Source of the DNA: Chrysomallon squamiferum
Taxonomy: Eukaryota; Animalia; Mollusca
Reading direction: 5' to 3'
Length of the DNA: 64,000 nt
Assembly: GCA_012295275.1 (NCBI GenBank)
Contig: CM022677.1
Location: 24,614,001-24,678,000 of the forward strand
In this document: positions 62,731 to 64,000 of the stretch, one piece after another
How positions within the stretch are numbered: the first letter of the stretch is position 1
How the letters are laid out: every line of letters starts with the position of its first letter
Notes under the pieces: generated by a model
Seen by the model: only the letters and a program-made list of their open reading frames with translations
Told to the model about the DNA's origin: nothing
Databases searched by the model: none
Program-made: the position numbers and the translations under genes

Positions 62731-62737
62731 TATATAT

Positions 62738-62949
<212 letters not shown>

Positions 62950-63111
62950 ATATTACCAACGAGCCATGCTGGAATACTAATTTACAAACAACGTAAAAAA
63001 GAAAAAAAAAACGATCACTGTTTTATGTACTGTTAATGATTTAAAAAAACACGACTGAAAAAATGTCATTCACAACAAAAAAAAACAAAAAAAAAAAAAA
63101 CACACATTCTT

Positions 63112-63437
63112 TCACGAACGACGAAACTGGAACTGGTTGCTAATGTCCTGCCCCGCACGACACCTCCACTCTTTGAAGTCGTTGTTCTTCACCGGTGATA
63201 TCGTCATCGTGAACGCGTCAGGTTCGAACCTGCTCAAGCAACCACACCGGTATCGCTTTATGTGGAACGGGCTCGTGCAGGAGGAGTCAGTCAGGCAGAA
63301 CGTGACGAACACCCCTCGCACGTGCTTCTGGAACTCCACAGGGAACTTTCTGCCGCCGGCGGGGTAGACGTGGCAGTACAAAGTGTAGTTGTGCGTTGGC
63401 GTAGCGTAGGGTTTGCCGTTGATGAGCACAGCCGTAC
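63112..63437 (-). CDS. Duplicate of gene C domain exon 4
   Basis: Protein identical to 18271-18596, with synonymous changes only (e.g. GCA/GCT, CTG/TTG). Confidence 0.9.
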
Positions 63438-63453
63438 CTTGTAAATACATTTG

Positions 63454-63486
<33 letters not shown>

Positions 63487-63548
63487 AATATTAAAAACAA
63501 GAAAGTGTATCTCCAGTTAATGATATCATGTTGTTGTTGTTGTTATTG

Positions 63549-63665
<117 letters not shown>

Positions 63666-64000
63666 GTTATTGTTGTTGTTGTTGTTGTTGTGATGTTGTT
63701 GTTCATATTCTTCTTGCTGATTTCGACATCATTATCACAACCTTTATTATCAAATCGAATAAGATTTCGGTCGAATAACAAATTTAGTGCAATAACATTT
63801 CTATATTGCCGATAAACAATTGATAATGATTACTATTTTATTTATTTATTTATTTATTTCTCTCCCTCTCTATGTTTAAATGTTGTAGAAATTTTCGAGC
63901 ACAAAGTCGAATTTAACAATTATCTTTCGTGAGCAAAGTATACATAGATATATGTGCGTTTGTGTTTATGTATGTGTGTGTAGAGATAGAGAGAGAGAGA

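Overview
This is eukaryotic, very AT-rich DNA saturated with microsatellites. A mollusc such as an octopod is a guess from composition only. The window holds a dense tandem cluster, on both strands, of one gene family, with about 40 recognisable exons or exon relics. Each encodes one ~104-111 aa domain with the consensus G-P-x4-5-G-x2-Y-T-L-x-C...F-Q-R...C-x-V-x3-C-x8-9-Y-x-C-x-C...Y-x-L/M-T-I-x5-D-x3-W-x-C-x2-G-x3-S-N-x-F-x-F. I interpret this as an atypical six-cysteine immunoglobulin-like domain. Almost all internal domain exons are 327 or 330 nt with phase-1/phase-1 junctions. Eight short leader exons encode signal peptides or relics of them. The models give secreted proteins of 3-4 domains with no visible transmembrane exon. 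The cluster also contains pseudogenes, a recent tandem gene duplication with loop-clustered amino-acid changes, a ~4.6 kb segmental duplicate, two 11-bp satellite arrays, a Tc1 remnant, a MITE, a recurring CRE-type motif and one 200-N gap. Most ORFs in the supplied track are microsatellite artefacts.
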